Below are positions 33,001 through 48,000 of a stretch of DNA of 64,000 nucleotides, in pieces. Each line of letters opens with the position of its first letter. Within the stretch, counting starts at the first letter, position 1. The DNA is from Phoronis australis (lineage: Eukaryota; Animalia; Phoronida). The stretch spans positions 162,853 through 226,852 of the forward strand of contig NMRA01000188.1 in the NCBI GenBank assembly GCA_002633005.1, given 5' to 3'. A program made the position numbers and the translations under genes. The notes beneath the pieces are model-generated. The model saw only the letters and a list, made by a program, of their open reading frames with translations, was not told where the DNA came from and searched no databases.

Positions 33001-36000
33001 AGCCCATTTCAGCAATACAGCCTGCCTACCAAAGATTTTCATTGGCAAATAACCTGTTAACCTGGTCAAAGATAGTGACTGCCATATGTCACCCCATGAA
33101 CATTATCTCATTCTTTACTGAATAGTATTCTTTTGAAATAAAAGCACACAACTCAACCGCATTTTCACTACCAGAGTTCAAATTTCGTAGAGAAAATCGT
33201 GCATTCTATGTTGCCACAAGACTGGAAAGTGTGTGAAAATCTACTTTAATCAATCCAAATGCAGTAGCCAATGCTCAGTACTTAATGTAATACTAAAGCC
33301 TATAGAAACAATCAAGCTCTGACAAGGATCCCATTTGTACTATAAATCTGGTCCATGTAACAATAACACTGAGCCATAATTGTGCAAAAACGGATTCAAA
33401 AATTCAAATTCTGCAGAATACATCCATGGATCAAATAGCAGTACACTGTTTCAGCAGAGAGAGTAGGATTAAGAAGACACACGAACTTAAACTTAAACAA
33501 GATATCTGAGTAACAACCGAGTGTGCACTACCTTCCGTCCATCTTCTCTTTCCATGTGTAGGAAATAGGTGGGGTAGACGCCACGGTCGACACCCTTTTT
33601 ATCGCGCGTGATCCTACACTTGACAGTCACACCCTGGGGTGCTGGTTTGAACACAAAGTCCTCGAGGTTCTCGGTGGGGTCCAGCACCTCGTCGGCGGAG
33701 GCACCGTCACCTATACCAGACAGATCCTGCAGGAAAGCGCATTACTTTAAAAGAAAATATAACAACAGCCTGACACATGTCCCAGACACCAACGAAGAAT
33801 TTCACATTGCAGTGTGCACAGGAAATCGTAATCTTACGAAACTAAAACATTGATAAACTAAACTGAATTCACAAATCATGAGTGCACACATTGACTGCGA
33901 AGAAAATATATTATGGGACAAAAATGGGATTCAAGAAATTAACAATTATAGTAAAAACACACTCATCATCAAGTCAGCCAATCACAACTCGCATGGTTAT
34001 CTGTTACTGCTCACACACTGACTCATCACATACTCTTTGGGAAACAATTCATCCACCAACAATAAAATGGCTAAAATCTAAAATCTGAATTTAAACTGAA
34101 TGCCTCTCTACGGACAAAAAATCATAACAGTTACTTTTATTTACAACACAGAATTTACGAGTTGCGTAAATATTAAGCAGCAATGATAAGTCATTAATAA
34201 CGATAAACTATTAATCACAATGAGAGCATTACACAGGTTTAGGTCAACAAGAGCAGCTGGTGCGCTGATAGACACACTCGAGGCAAGCAAGATAGATCAT
34301 TTGGTTCAAAGCAGGCTGCTGCTGTATTAAAGCCAGTTTAGGGATGGATATCACAGTGTTGATGATATAGATCAGCAATGAAATCACCACTGGGAAGTTG
34401 TTTGTCCAAAGAGAAATTACCCAAAATTGCCTGAATCTTAATTATAACTCCTTCGTAATATATTTTCTCGCAGAGAAACAAACTTGTTTCAAACATCGAC
34501 GGTATTTTCAAGTTTAAAATGAACGAGAAAATGGGAATTGGTCAAAGACAACAGAAGGATATTTATGTTATATTGTTGCAAACCTCAGTGACACCTATTA
34601 ATCAACTGTGACACTTCCTCAATACAGAAAAACATAGTAACCCGCAACTTTCAGGAAATTTTTAGCAGTAAAATCTTAAACTGTGTTGCATATTCTAGTG
34701 CAATACAATGGACGTTTATGTTTTGTTTTTCCAAGACTGACCACCTCTACCTACCTGGAAAAGCACCAAGATAACCAATATCAATTAGAAAGTTGTTCTA
34801 TGATGAGAAAGGAGGAAATAATCACCCAGAAAGGAAAATAATTACGACTAACTGCTAAGAAACATTACCAGGAAACCAAGGCAACCGTTGGAGGAGAAAA
34901 AGATAAGAGCTGTTGGCCAGTGAAAGGGGTTCCCTTCAGCCAGTGATCAGGAAGCTTGCAGGATAAAACTGGGATAGCCATCACTTACGTTCTCTCGGTC
35001 AAAATGGTCCCCATTATCCCGGTCCCGGTCCCGACCGCGGTCCCTGTCCCGGTCTCGACCACGGTCCCTGTCCCGATCACGACGGTTACGACTTACATTG
35101 CCGCCACCGCCGCCAGAAGAATCTGGCGGGATGTTCATGGGACTGTGCCGCGTTGACTCGTAGGAGGGCGGTGGTCGTCGGCCGTCTCTGTCGTAGTCAT
35201 CATCGTCGTCTGGGTCAATCACTTCCTCTTGAACACGCGAAACTGGTTTCTTGTTCGGCTTTCGTGACTTAGTTTCTTCCACTGAAATGCATATTTTATC
35301 ATATTAAAAACAGGATTATCAAAAAAACACTAAAACAGAAAAGCTACTATTGTGACAATATGGGAATACATGAAATGGAAATGAGTCTACCGAATATGCT
35401 TACGCGAATTTGGTAAAAATAGTGGGCTTCTGTTTGGCAAATCTCTTCAATTAGAAACTTAAGTATGGGACTTTCCTGAAAATGTTTCACGATGTAATTC
35501 TGCGATCTCAAGGTAAAAACGTCAGCAAAATTGTGCCAGAACGAAGCTTTGAGTCAGTTTGGGTGGCTGAAGAGTTCCAGTGTGGTTATGTAAACATATG
35601 CTGTACTATCAACAATATACGATATTAAAAGAAAACAATTTTAATGTTATGACAGAATAACAGAAAGGAAATTATGAAACTACAAAGAGCCTGGCAATCT
35701 ACAAAAAACACGCACTGCGGTCAGGGATTACTAATGAGTTACAGCAACATTGTCTTAAGAAGATTAATAGGCTAGACACTTATATTGAATGAAAACATGC
35801 AAACTGGTTGAGTTGTTGTGTCATTCCCTGACAAAGCATTATAGTCCGGCTTAAACCGTCACTTTGTTTTGATCTGTATTCGCTGACAAGTCTTCAGAAA
35901 GCATGGACAAGTGTGTTTTAAAAAATTAAACTGAAATTGTCATAAAATGAAACTGTTAAAGGTTGTTGACCATTCCACAACAGCAATTTCAACAGGAAAA

Positions 36001-39000
36001 GACAAAGCAACGAGAGAGGGAAGAGAGGCATTTATAACATAATTCAACTTCTACAAGTGGGTCATTTTAGAGAAACACGGACACGCGTTAATTGATTCAA
36101 AGGGCCACTGGCCTATTTCGGGAACCTATGGGCCATGTTAGTTTTTTTGTCTTCTTTCAATCTGATTTTTGGGGTAACTTTTAGGAGTGATTTCAAAATT
36201 TTGCTATCTCAATGCGTTGTGCGACCAGTAATTGGCTCCGAGCGTGTTGCTATTTGGTCACAAACATAAGTCTTAGTTTTGATCAGCTGCTTTGCAATGC
36301 TGTCATGTCAAAATCTGAATGCAATACACATTATTTCTGCAGAACAAACAGAACACAGTGGAATTCCCAACACAATTTTAAAGTGCCAGAGTTGACCCTA
36401 CTTGACCAATCACAGTACATCAATGAACTTTTTATGCCCCAAAGACATCCTTAAATTATTCCTGTTCCTGATGTTATTAAAATAATGTCAAAGGAGCACA
36501 ACTTTAAGAGCTAATGCTGCTATAATATTAAACAGTGATAAACTTGACGTATTATTCATTTTCTCATCCCCCAAAGCAAGAACAAACAGAAAGACAGCAA
36601 TTATTTCATGATTTAAAATGACGTATAATGATAGCAAAAAATAAACTAGCTACTCATGTTAAGCAAATCGGATAGTAACAGTCGTACACTATTGATTTTA
36701 CTGGACTTGAAGTCACGTTCATCAGCAACATGTTGAAATGCCTCAATTAAGTCAGATATCAATAAGGTAGATAGAGCATAGACGTTTTTCAGGTCACGTA
36801 GCTGCAACAACAACCAGGTCTTTCGAACGTATTAACCATTTTCAAAGCACTCGAATGGTTTTGGGGACGAAAAATGCATTTTTGGAATTATTGTTTGATG
36901 GGATAGACTTCTTAGGCTCAATTGCTTTGACAGGAGCTGCAAAACAACAAAAACGTTGTCTGCCAGGCATTCGCCGAGATCAAGGTCGGTGAATTTACAA
37001 GTTAAATATTATGTTTAAAATACTCTCACTGCCACTTTTGGAGTGTCAACTTTAGACTGACCGCAGGGGTTGCAGGTTCAGTTCTGCATTGATGCAGGTA
37101 TCAGAAAAATCACTTTTCTCAACGGTAATCTCTCCTTAACTTGAACATTTTCCTTATAAACCTGTTCTAACATGATTGATCTTTTTACAAATATGTTGCT
37201 TATATCTGACTGCATCTTTTGGAAAATTTGAAATTTTAACTGATATACTTGGGAACTTGGATATACTAGGTTTTTAACTTCTAATGAATTTTACATTTTG
37301 GGTCATATAAAAATATTCTCAAGAAAACAATTTTTTAAATTGGTGAAGTTTTACTAAGTACTTGTATTACCGTAATCGTTCGGGTTAACGCCCTGGGCGG
37401 TTAAATTGGCGAACCCAAAAAATCGGGGGTGGGCGGTTAACCAGACATGGGCGCTTAAACGTGAAATTTCAAGAAATCGGGGGGGGGGGGGNNNNNNNNN
37501 NNNNNNNNNNNNNNNNNNNNNNNNNNNNNNNNNNNNNNNNNNNNNNNNNNNNNNNNNNNNNNNNNNNNNNNNNNNNNNNNNNNNNNNNNNNNNNNNNNNN
37601 NNNNNNNNNNNNNNNNNNNNNNNNNNNNNNNNNNNNNNNNNNNNNNNNNNNNNNNNNNNNNNNNNNNNNNNNNNNNNNNNNNNNNNNNNNNNNNNNNNNN
37701 NNNNNNNNNNNNNNNNNNNNNNNNNNNNNNNNNNNNNNNNNNNNNNNNNNNNNNNNNNNNNNNNNNNNNNNNNNNNNNNNNNNNNNNNNNNNNNNNNNNN
37801 NNNNNNNNNNNNNNNNNNNNNNNNNNNNNNNNNNNNNNNNNNNNNNNNNNNNNNNNNNNNNNNNNNNNNNNNNNNNNNNNNNNNNNNNNNNNNNNNNNNN
37901 NNNNNNNNNNNNNNNNNNNNNNNNNNNNNNNNNNNNNNNNNNNNNNNNNNNNNNNNNNNNNNNNNNNNNNNNNNNNNNNNNNNNNNNNNNNNNNNNNNNN
38001 NNNNNNNNNNNNNNNNNNNNNNNNNNNNNNNNNNNNNNNNNNNNNNNNNNNNNNNNNNNNNNNNNNNNNNNNNNNNNNNNNNNNNNNNNNNNNNNNNNNN
38101 NNNNNNNNNNNNNNNNNNNNNNNNNNNNNNNNNNNNNNNNNNNNNNNNNNNNNNNNNNNNNNNNNNNNNNNNNNNNNNNNNNNNNNNNNNNNNNNNNNNN
38201 NNNNNNNNNNNNNNNNNNNNTAATTCACATTGCTAAACCGCGGTCTCTGAGGCCGTCGTTGCACTCAATGTTATCATCGATCTTAACCTAAAAGATCGGG
38301 GATTCGCGTTTCCTATTAGCACAGGGCGGTAATCACCAATCGTCAAAAGTAGGGGATGGGCGCTTAACCGAGAGGCGGGCGCTTAATTGGAAATCTTCAA
38401 AAATAGCAGGGGGGCGGTTAACCGAGCAGTGGGCGGTTAAATCGAAAATCCACCTAAAGTAGGGATGGGCGGTTAACTGAGCATGGGCGTTAACCCGAAC
38501 GATTACGGTAGATGATTTAACACCTGGACTTTTTACGCCTTAAAAGTCAGGGCAACTCTACACAGACTTCAGTTTCCCAAACTAATTTGGTTCTCTTCAA
38601 AATGGACTTTCTCCCATTATAATATAAAATAATTCAACAATCGTACGTTCTATGAGCGTCTAGGAAACTAAAAAAAAACAGTACTAAGTATAACGGCACT
38701 TGTATAGTTTTTATTAAGAAATTTCTGAGCCAGCCGTCAGACAAACTGAATGTATTGATTCCTTCTCATTTATGTAAAGAGGTGTGAATCTTAAAGGCCA
38801 CTGTTACCATACTCATCTTCGAAACTGGGGTTGACTATTCTATGCCAAAATATAGAGCTAAGAATGTCGTCAAACCTTTACGTTAAGCCCGTCTTTCTTT
38901 GCGTAGTAGTTCTAAGAGACTCGATATGTGTAGAAGAGTTTGATTACCTTGACTATAAGTATCAGACAGGCTCAAATCACTGATATCGCTACCATCATTA

Positions 39001-42000
39001 CTACTACTAGTGATCCAGTTGAGCCTACGTTTCGCCGGAGCGTCGGCGATATCGCCTAAAACAACAAGGACTTGAGACTAAATGAGAGCCTAACACAGTG
39101 GCGTGGTCCTTCTCAGACGCAAGATATTTTACCCGGATTGAACAAGGAGATAGCTAGGAAAGGAAAGAGGGTGACCGTTATTTCAGTAAGGACACTGTCA
39201 GGGAAAAGAGTCAGTAGATGAGTCACAACATGAACATTTAAGCCCCCAAGCATAAATAACTCAGTTGCAGTACCAGCCATGTTGTTTTCAGTGCTTAAAA
39301 CAATGGCGCAGGTATTTCAGTGTATTGAGTTCAGTGCTTCATCTCAAGACAAGTCACTTTTAATCTGAGCAAGGTGCAAACTGACACCAAATTCAAAGTG
39401 GAAATGGTCTAAATAACTGAATTTGAAAGTGTGTGCTTTTAGCTGAAAACAGGTGCATCGGGGCTTAAATTATTCGTAAAATTGCAACAACAAAATACTA
39501 ACACAGAAAGTGAAGAACACCAGAGTACAGCTAGCATTCCAGCACACATAGTTTATAGTTTTACAATAATCATGGTCAAAGCTGCAAAGTTAAGGCACAA
39601 CACAAAGGTGAAGCATTCCAGCCTAGCTAAAGTCTGCGAACAAACAAAATGGTTGAGTCACTCTAAGTCATGGAGATGACCAAAGGCAAGCAGGCAGTCT
39701 GGTACACTGCGACAATGGACCTACAGGGGATTCAGATGGTTATCCCTTAGGCTACACAATCAAAAAAAACAAACACCGTCACCACGAGTTGGCACCACCA
39801 ACGTGAGTAAACCTCACATCGGTAAAATTGTAGATGCACCGCTGAGATTGATGACAACAGATGGCACAGCAATTCTATGGAGACACATCCTTAACGTCTG
39901 AGTAGGCATTACTTTATGAATGTGTTCCCAAAGACCTTAGCAAACCAGTACGACAATGCGTTTACATTAAAGAACAGCCCAGAGTGAGAAATAAAAGATC
40001 AGCTATGAGCGCAAACTCTAATTTGGAAGTCTCAAACTTTTTGAGTCTTTCAATACGCAGCATCTCTTCGAGCTAACGTCCACACTGAGATAAACAATCC
40101 ACCTTCAAATAAAAAACCTTAAAAGCTTTCAAAAGCTTCCGTGTTATGCTACAGTTACTGCTCACATGTTTCAAGTTTTTTAAACGGCTTTGGCATTAAC
40201 CTGCACAGATATGGCACATACACATACACAACAGTTTCTGCAAAGGTGAAGAATGAGTCTCACATCACCAGACAGTCCATTTGTCTTGATTGTCAGAGAT
40301 GAAGACCCATTCATTTTCTGGCGGAAATTGATAGCGACAGTGACAGTCCATATAAAACAGTACTGGTGAGAATATCGCGAAATGTAGCAAAACTCGGCAT
40401 TTCACTAAGCAACCAGTGACAGTCCATATAAAACAGTAATGGTCAGAATATCGCGAAATGTAGCAAGTGCAAAAAGTTAGTAAGAGACTGGGACGTCTTT
40501 GAATTTTGGCGGCGGCTGAAAGAAAGCAAGGTAACGTGATTGTCACAATGTTACTGCTTCATCTTGCTAGCCACAAGTTGTTCAACATTTTTGGATGCAA
40601 ATGTCTTGTTCATCAAAATGCTCACGTGGCCGGCATACCCCCGCTCTAACCCGGGGATAGGGGGAATCCCTGCCCAACATAAATGAAATGCGCATGTGGC
40701 CGGCGTTCCCCCCTCCCCGTAACCCGAGTATAGGGGGGAGTCCCTGCCCAATTTTTTTAAGGTCAACATCATTTAAATGCCCATGTGGCCAGCGTACCCA
40801 CGTAGCAACTCAGGTATAGGGGGGACTTCTGCCCAAACTTTTCAGGTCATAATAAAACCCATGTTGGCTGGCATCCCCTCCAACTTATTAGGTTGCTATA
40901 TGACCTTGGAATGTTGATCATTTATTTTTTCCTTAGAAGGCAAACGTCTTTAGTTACCTTTTAGAACATTATGAAAAGGACCTGTGCGTAACAAGGAAAA
41001 AAACTTTGGTCCATTTTATCAGTTGCGGGGGTTGGGAAAAGGGAAAGTATTTGGCTAATAATTTTTGAAAATGGATAAACGTTTTCAGATTCTTTAGCCA
41101 TTTTGGCTAATACCTTTAAAAGTCTAGCGCAAGCCTAGTAAAGATGCCCTTCAATCAGTTATTTCACTAAAATTGCCAAAATGGCCATTACTTTATTTTT
41201 CAGACTGACAGTACTGACTACAGATTACCCAGGCATACATCAAAGTAAGTGCCCATGACCATGGATGTCACAAGCTGACCATTAGTAGAGAACGCACTGC
41301 CTATTCCCAGCCGAACACCATGACTTTGATTGAGAAATTATTTCTACAAGTATACGAATCCGGTATATCTTGTACCTGGAAATTACACAGAGTGTTTAAT
41401 TAGTAGATTAGCGATTTTTAAGCGTTTATAGACCAAACTTGAGAACTACTAGTGCACCCCAGAGGCAATCTTAGTCATGACAGGCATTGATTTTCAGGCA
41501 GCACGAAAACTAGTTAAATACATTTTTACAATAACCATTCCCTGGAGAAATCAAACATTACTGTGACAATCAGACACAATTACGCACGCACACATTTAGA
41601 GTCACAAAAAAGGAAGCAGCTGATTAGAACAGTGACAACAATATGTACAGTGAGAAAGCGAGGTTTTTGAAAAGCAAACGAATGAACTTACCAATGGGCT
41701 GAGATGTTTCGATGGTTTGAATGTCTTCGTCTTCCGAGTCAGAGAAATCTTTGCTGGAGTCAGGTGTTACTTGCAATACCTGAACTTTAGTTGTGGAATT
41801 TCCCGAGTTGTTGGGTAGTTCATAGGACTCTGGGCCATCGTAGGCTAGAAGACAGGAATAGGCATATGTACAGGTATAGGTATTATATATTCATACCACA
41901 TTATCAGCCTGACATGGCCAACACCACCGTGAAATAACCCACTTAGTTATTCAGTTATCCACAACATTTTGGCGAGAAACCGTGGCCGGTTTCAAACCTG

Positions 42001-45000
42001 CTCCGCAAGAGTTTCGAGCCATCGACTCTACCCCTGCACAACTCAGCGGCTGACGTCATCGAACATGAAAATAGAATACTTAAATGAGCATGCGTAACAA
42101 TTGAATATTCAACAAACGGCATTAATGTATCAACATTTATACGCTATGAAAAATAAGACACAAAATTTCAATAAAAACAACATCTTTAATTCAGTAAAAT
42201 TTATTTGTCATTTTCATTCACTTGTAAATCATCGATCTCCAGTTTGAACACGAGTAACGTGTGGTTGGGATGCTTTGACTTGAACATTAAACTCAGTAAC
42301 CAGTGGTAATCTACTTTAGCAGACAATATTTTCAAGGTAGAAGCTTAGCATGACAAGATGTGTAGTAAGCTAGTCTAGAGTAGTTGCTTAAAATAAAAAT
42401 TAATATTTTACAGCTTCACATTAGTTCTATTTTATTTCCATTTTTATTTGGTTTTAAGTAAAAACATTTTAACAAGAAAAACTCGGCGTTTCTTGAAAGG
42501 TCACGACCTCAGGCCTCTGACATAAAAAGTAGTTACAAAAGCCGGGGCGAGCAAAGAAAAGGTAGATCGATTCATTGCAATTTTTCTCGTTCAGTATGTG
42601 GTATAAATAGATTATTATATGTTCTCATTCATTATCCCCCTTGTCTAGAGCCCTCGTGGATTTTGAAGAATTATCGCCCTCGGGCCTAATGCCCTCGGGC
42701 AATAATTTTCCAAAATCTACTCGGGCTCTAGATTGCAGGGGATAATGACTTGGCCATGTAATAATCTATATGTATACATTACATAGAAATGTTGTTTCTG
42801 TAATAATACCTGCCTTCATCCCACATGATACGGTTGTGAAATAATTGTTATAACACCATGAAATACGTCAGAACTACTTTTCCGTAGTATCTTCTCTAGA
42901 GAAGATGACCGTTACCATCTCTAGAGAAAATAACCCTGGCACTGTTGTAAGGATTACGGTATTTGGAGGGCTAAATCCATAATAATTACCATAGTTTATT
43001 TAACTGAGCTTGTTATAAGGTACCACTAAGGTCTCACAATTCTGTACTGGTGTTATTGTCACAAATACTTGAAAAACACCTTACAAATGATAACTGGATT
43101 AAATATACAGCACAAATCATAAACATATCCGTCAAATACTAGTACAAACTGATCTTTTAATTTCAACAAAACTTGACGAAACTTAAACGATACAGCGACC
43201 TAAACGATACAGTGACCTCATTTGGCCAACTAGTCATGAATGAGTCATTGCTATGGGAAACATATTACTACGCCAAACACGGAAATCATAACCTCCGGGT
43301 CCTAACCATGTTGTGTTTAGTCAATATAAGCAAATAACATCTCTAACAGTTACATATATATATTAAGTGTTTCCATTATCATATTCTTTTTTAATTCAAA
43401 GAAATTTTACCAAGTACCGGTAAATTCCCTTCTTTAGCATAACGTCTTGTTCTGATCCTCTGCTCAACCTACTGCTCGTCTGGTAGGCTATTTATCCGTT
43501 AATTCGTTGTTTGACGTTAACTTAGCTCCATATGCTGATTCGTTTATAATTGCTGCTATTTTACATGAAACATAAACACACACTTGATGAGTTCCAATTT
43601 CTTCGCAATTCCGCCACAGACGTAGCCAATACTGGTGAAGCCCTAGCTTAGATCAGCTTACATGTCACGTATCAAGATATAATAACCCACAGATATCATC
43701 ACATATGTTATATAAAATATATTAATTTTCTTACAGCTTCAGTAGCTCCAGTTATACCAATTATACTAATTATAGTTTCCCCTGATTAAGCTATCTAAGC
43801 GAAATAGTGTAGGGCTCCTGCGCAACTTGGGGCCTCAGTTTGTAACAGGGTCACTCTTTGTAAAACTCATACAACGGGTTGAGGAGGGGGTTGTGACGAG
43901 AGAGGAGAAGCAACTGAAGCAGTCCAAATTTATTCGGGATTAGAGCCCCGATAAACCTAAATCCCTCACTGATAGTCAAACAAAGAACTGAACACAGACA
44001 TGAGTCAGAACACTGTGACCTCAAATCTCATATTTAGTTACTTTACTAAAAGCCATGTACATGTGCGCAAATCCACTGCGTAACCAAATAAATCACTGGC
44101 AACGCAGGCGTACTTTTCACTTGAAATACCAATACTTGACAAAGCAAGATCACCACAACTGAAAGACCCCACACTTAATAGCAGGTCCGTAGTAACAACT
44201 TTGCTTGACGTGGCTAAATGAAAAATCTCACAAATATCTTCTAATGTGCAACAGAGCTGGCATAAGATAGTTCCCAAAAGCAGGACTTAATGCACATTGT
44301 ATGAGTAACAAGACTCTGAATACTTGACAATTCTTTGCTAACGTGATCACAGGATTCCCGTGAGAGGCAAAACACAATTAAAGAAACTATCAAATCCTAT
44401 GGTCTACAGATAAGCCATTACGACATTAAACCTTGAAGCCAGCGACACTTGTGCATCTGACGGCGGTTGTACTTTGCAGCCATATTTGATACTGCGATTT
44501 GCATGAACAATTTGCTCCTGGAGGACGTTTATCAAACTGCTGTGGAGAAACAGTTTTAGGACGGACAAACTCGAAGATTACTGGCAAAAACAGTGGAGAA
44601 GCTAGCTTGATAATTCTGAGGCAGATATAGTGAGGTTAGAGATAATATGATCTGAACACCATGCCTACGCCCAACATTATCTGTTTCAATAACATACAAA
44701 CAATATAGACTGAGATCTGTTTTTAGCACACACAACAGTTTCTTAGCTCTACTAGATTATGCTATCTGACAACAATGGCTTGGAACAAAGAAATATACAG
44801 CCTTGGACCAAGAAACTGTACTTCAATAAGAGCTATTTAATTCCTTTCTGGGTACATTAGTAACACTATGGATACACAGGGCCTTATAGAAAAGTCTGTG
44901 TATTCAGACGAATACCTATAAAACTATAGAATCTAATTCAAGAAACGTATTTTCTGAAATCCGATAACCTGTACAATTTGGTTTTTTTTGGACTTGACAC

Positions 45001-48000
45001 CAAATTGCCCATCTGTTAATTGGGTCATTTGATCACATGTTTTTAGCAAATGACTAAATTTTACTTGATATTAATGTTCAAGATGATTTTTTAAAAACAG
45101 TGCAGTTTTTCAGTTATTTCCTTTTCGTTCCATGCTACTTTTCAGCTTAAGATAAACAAAGATCCTATTTGTACAGTCCCTCAAGCAACAGTGGATCACT
45201 TAATCAACAACTCCTAAGAGTGTTATGAAAAACAATGCATAAAGCATAGCATCTTAAAGTTTCTCATGAATCTAATCAGCCATTTCTGACACATGATATT
45301 TCAAAGTTCGTCAAATTAGGACATTCTTCTGTAAGTTCTTTAACATAATGTTCAATTTCAAATGGCCTATTAATGGCTGCAAACTGAAGACGCATTTGAG
45401 AAATTTACAACTAATGTAAACTGAAAGAGTCTACCAAATTCTCAACCGCAACAACTGATGATAATTCTTCTTAACATTAAATTTAGCAAGAATTGAAAAA
45501 AAAACATTCTGCAATGTCACCAGCCTCACAAATTAACAATAAGTTTCAGTGGCTGATTACTGCCTCGTCATTTTCAACTATCCCTTCAATGGTCACGTTG
45601 CAAAACTTGAAAATGGCAAAGCAATAAGCTGGTGTTACATTAAAATGGCTTTCATAATAAGGCTAACTTCACACTGAAATCTGTAAAACAGAGCAATCCT
45701 CAGTAGACCCTCATCAAGATGAAAACAGTGGATTCAAGCTCGTCAACTATTTATAAAACATGCTAAATCTGCAAGCATAAAAGCACTCGACACTTGGCAA
45801 AATTAACTGAAAAGATGACAGTGGAGATGATGATAACGATGACGCTGATGATGATAACAGTGTCAATGATGAACATGATGATAACAATCATATGACGAAT
45901 GAAGATGTCAGAAATGAGTAAGAAATACAGTCTTATTCAACAGAAGGTAAACCAACAAAAGTGCAGCAAAATCAGTCAACAAAGGAACAGCACCATCACA
46001 AAATCCTGGATAATAAAACAAGACGTCGTAGCGAAAAATGGGAAACATCTTCTGAAAGCCTATAAGAAATACTATCTAACAGAGAAGTTTCACGAAATTC
46101 AACAAATTTTTTGAAAACTTTCATACTTTGCAATTTTTCGAAATTGAAAGTCAATAACTCAAAAACAGTAAGTCTGAGGAAAAAATTGTTACAGTTTATT
46201 TGAAAGAGTATACCTCAGAGAATCCACAACCAAAAATTCACGTCATTTGCTCTTCCAATTCAAAATGGCACCCCTGCACGATTTAAAATGATGAAAATGC
46301 GTCAGATCCGAAATTTTGAAAACAACTTCCGATTAAGCAGCACTCGACAATAGCTGGCTACAGCAAACTAAGGCATGAAAAATTTCGAAGCAATTGGTCC
46401 TACAATGCACCCTCTACAAGACAAAATGTCATCCTGAAATCGAGATGCTCATGCGCAATGGCCAATATTTCCGTCATCTTTGATCGGAGGTGAATGACTT
46501 TCAGCATATCTGTAGTCAACATCTGCTACAATAATCATAATGATTTTCAGCCATCTAAATAAGAATCGTGGTTTCTATGAGCCTTTGAATCTGAATTCGA
46601 AAACAGAATGACCACCACGTTCGCCATCTTGAATTCGATCATCACAAAAAACAATAGGGTTCCAGCTCTTTCGGAACCAGAGGTTGTGTGTGAATTTCAC
46701 GGAAATCAGACGAAAAACGTGACCTGTAGAGTGTGAACAAACACAAAAAAGAAAGAATTAAGATACTTGCCGAAAAATTTTGCCAAGTAAAAATTATATA
46801 AGGAAAAAACCTTGATGTCAGAGCAACATACTTGGTGAAATTTCAATTTCACCAAGTAATGACAAACATTTCTAGTGAGTTAGTGAATGGGCACAATGCC
46901 TATAGCGAGAGGACCGAGTGTCTTCAGTCACCCTGTGCATTTTGTAACACAGTGAGGACAGAGTTTCAGCTGAAGAATGCTTTTTGTGGAAGTATTAAAT
47001 TTTACAGGATAGGTGATGGAATCAATAATTGGGTAAAATTACCAACACACAGCTTAGTATCCTTTTTAACAATATCTTGAATGGTTGTGAGCAGTCACAA
47101 CAATGTCAGACGTCCTTGAAAATTGAAAAATGGCAATTTTTGTAACAAATTTGGCAACAATTCCCATACAAAGCCTATGAGATTTTACCGTACCGATACA
47201 TAAGTTTGGTCGCCATAGAAACTACACTACTGTCTTACCATGAGGATGATAACTCAAATTGTTGGCTCTGTTGGACTTGCCCGAGACTAGTCTTTCCTTG
47301 CCTTCCTCCCTCCGCCGCTGGCCAGAGCGAGGTCTTTCCTCGTTGCTAGCTAACATCATCCCCGGTTGTCGTTTGTTCTTTTCCTGCCTCTGTTTGATCA
47401 GTTCTCTCTATAAAGAACAACGGACATCTTTAAGAGGGGTAATGAAATACGATTCAGACTATTAACAGATGCTAACTACTACTTTCTCCTTGTAATTTTT
47501 AAAACACTGCACTATTAACGTTTTACTCTTCAAAATTTTGGAACAAGTTTGACAACTCCTTACAAAATCTGCTAAATCAACAAATATGACTAGCACTTCA
47601 CTCAGATTCACTTCACAATTGTTGGCAAAGACTGCCTGTACCTCAAAACAAAAAAATCCAGTGAAAAAGTGTTTTATTGGAATAACAATTTTCAATGCGA
47701 GACAACCAGCTTTTACTGAACATAATGAAACAGAGTTAAGTATCCCTTTAAATATGAAGGCCACTTCCTAGAACATGTCACGGTCTAGGACATTTAAACG
47801 AGAATGCCACCAAAAAACAACCTATTTTGTATCAATTTAGATCGAGTAGTTCCACTCGATAACAGCAAATTACAGCTATTTTACCCCCGACACCTGACGG
47901 CAGACGGAGGAGTTGAAATTAATCAATGATGTCACAGGTTCGAATGCAGTCTGTTCAGCAGTTCACAACCCGCTTACTGGTGTCAGCTTATCGTTTGAAT

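Noticed and set aside
37406-38291. Three ~270-aa ORFs in the ORF track
   Set aside because: Artefacts of translating the N gap.
45820-45910. Asp-rich coding-like tract (GAT repeats)
   Set aside because: Degenerate trinucleotide microsatellite on the strand opposite Tubby, without splice sites.
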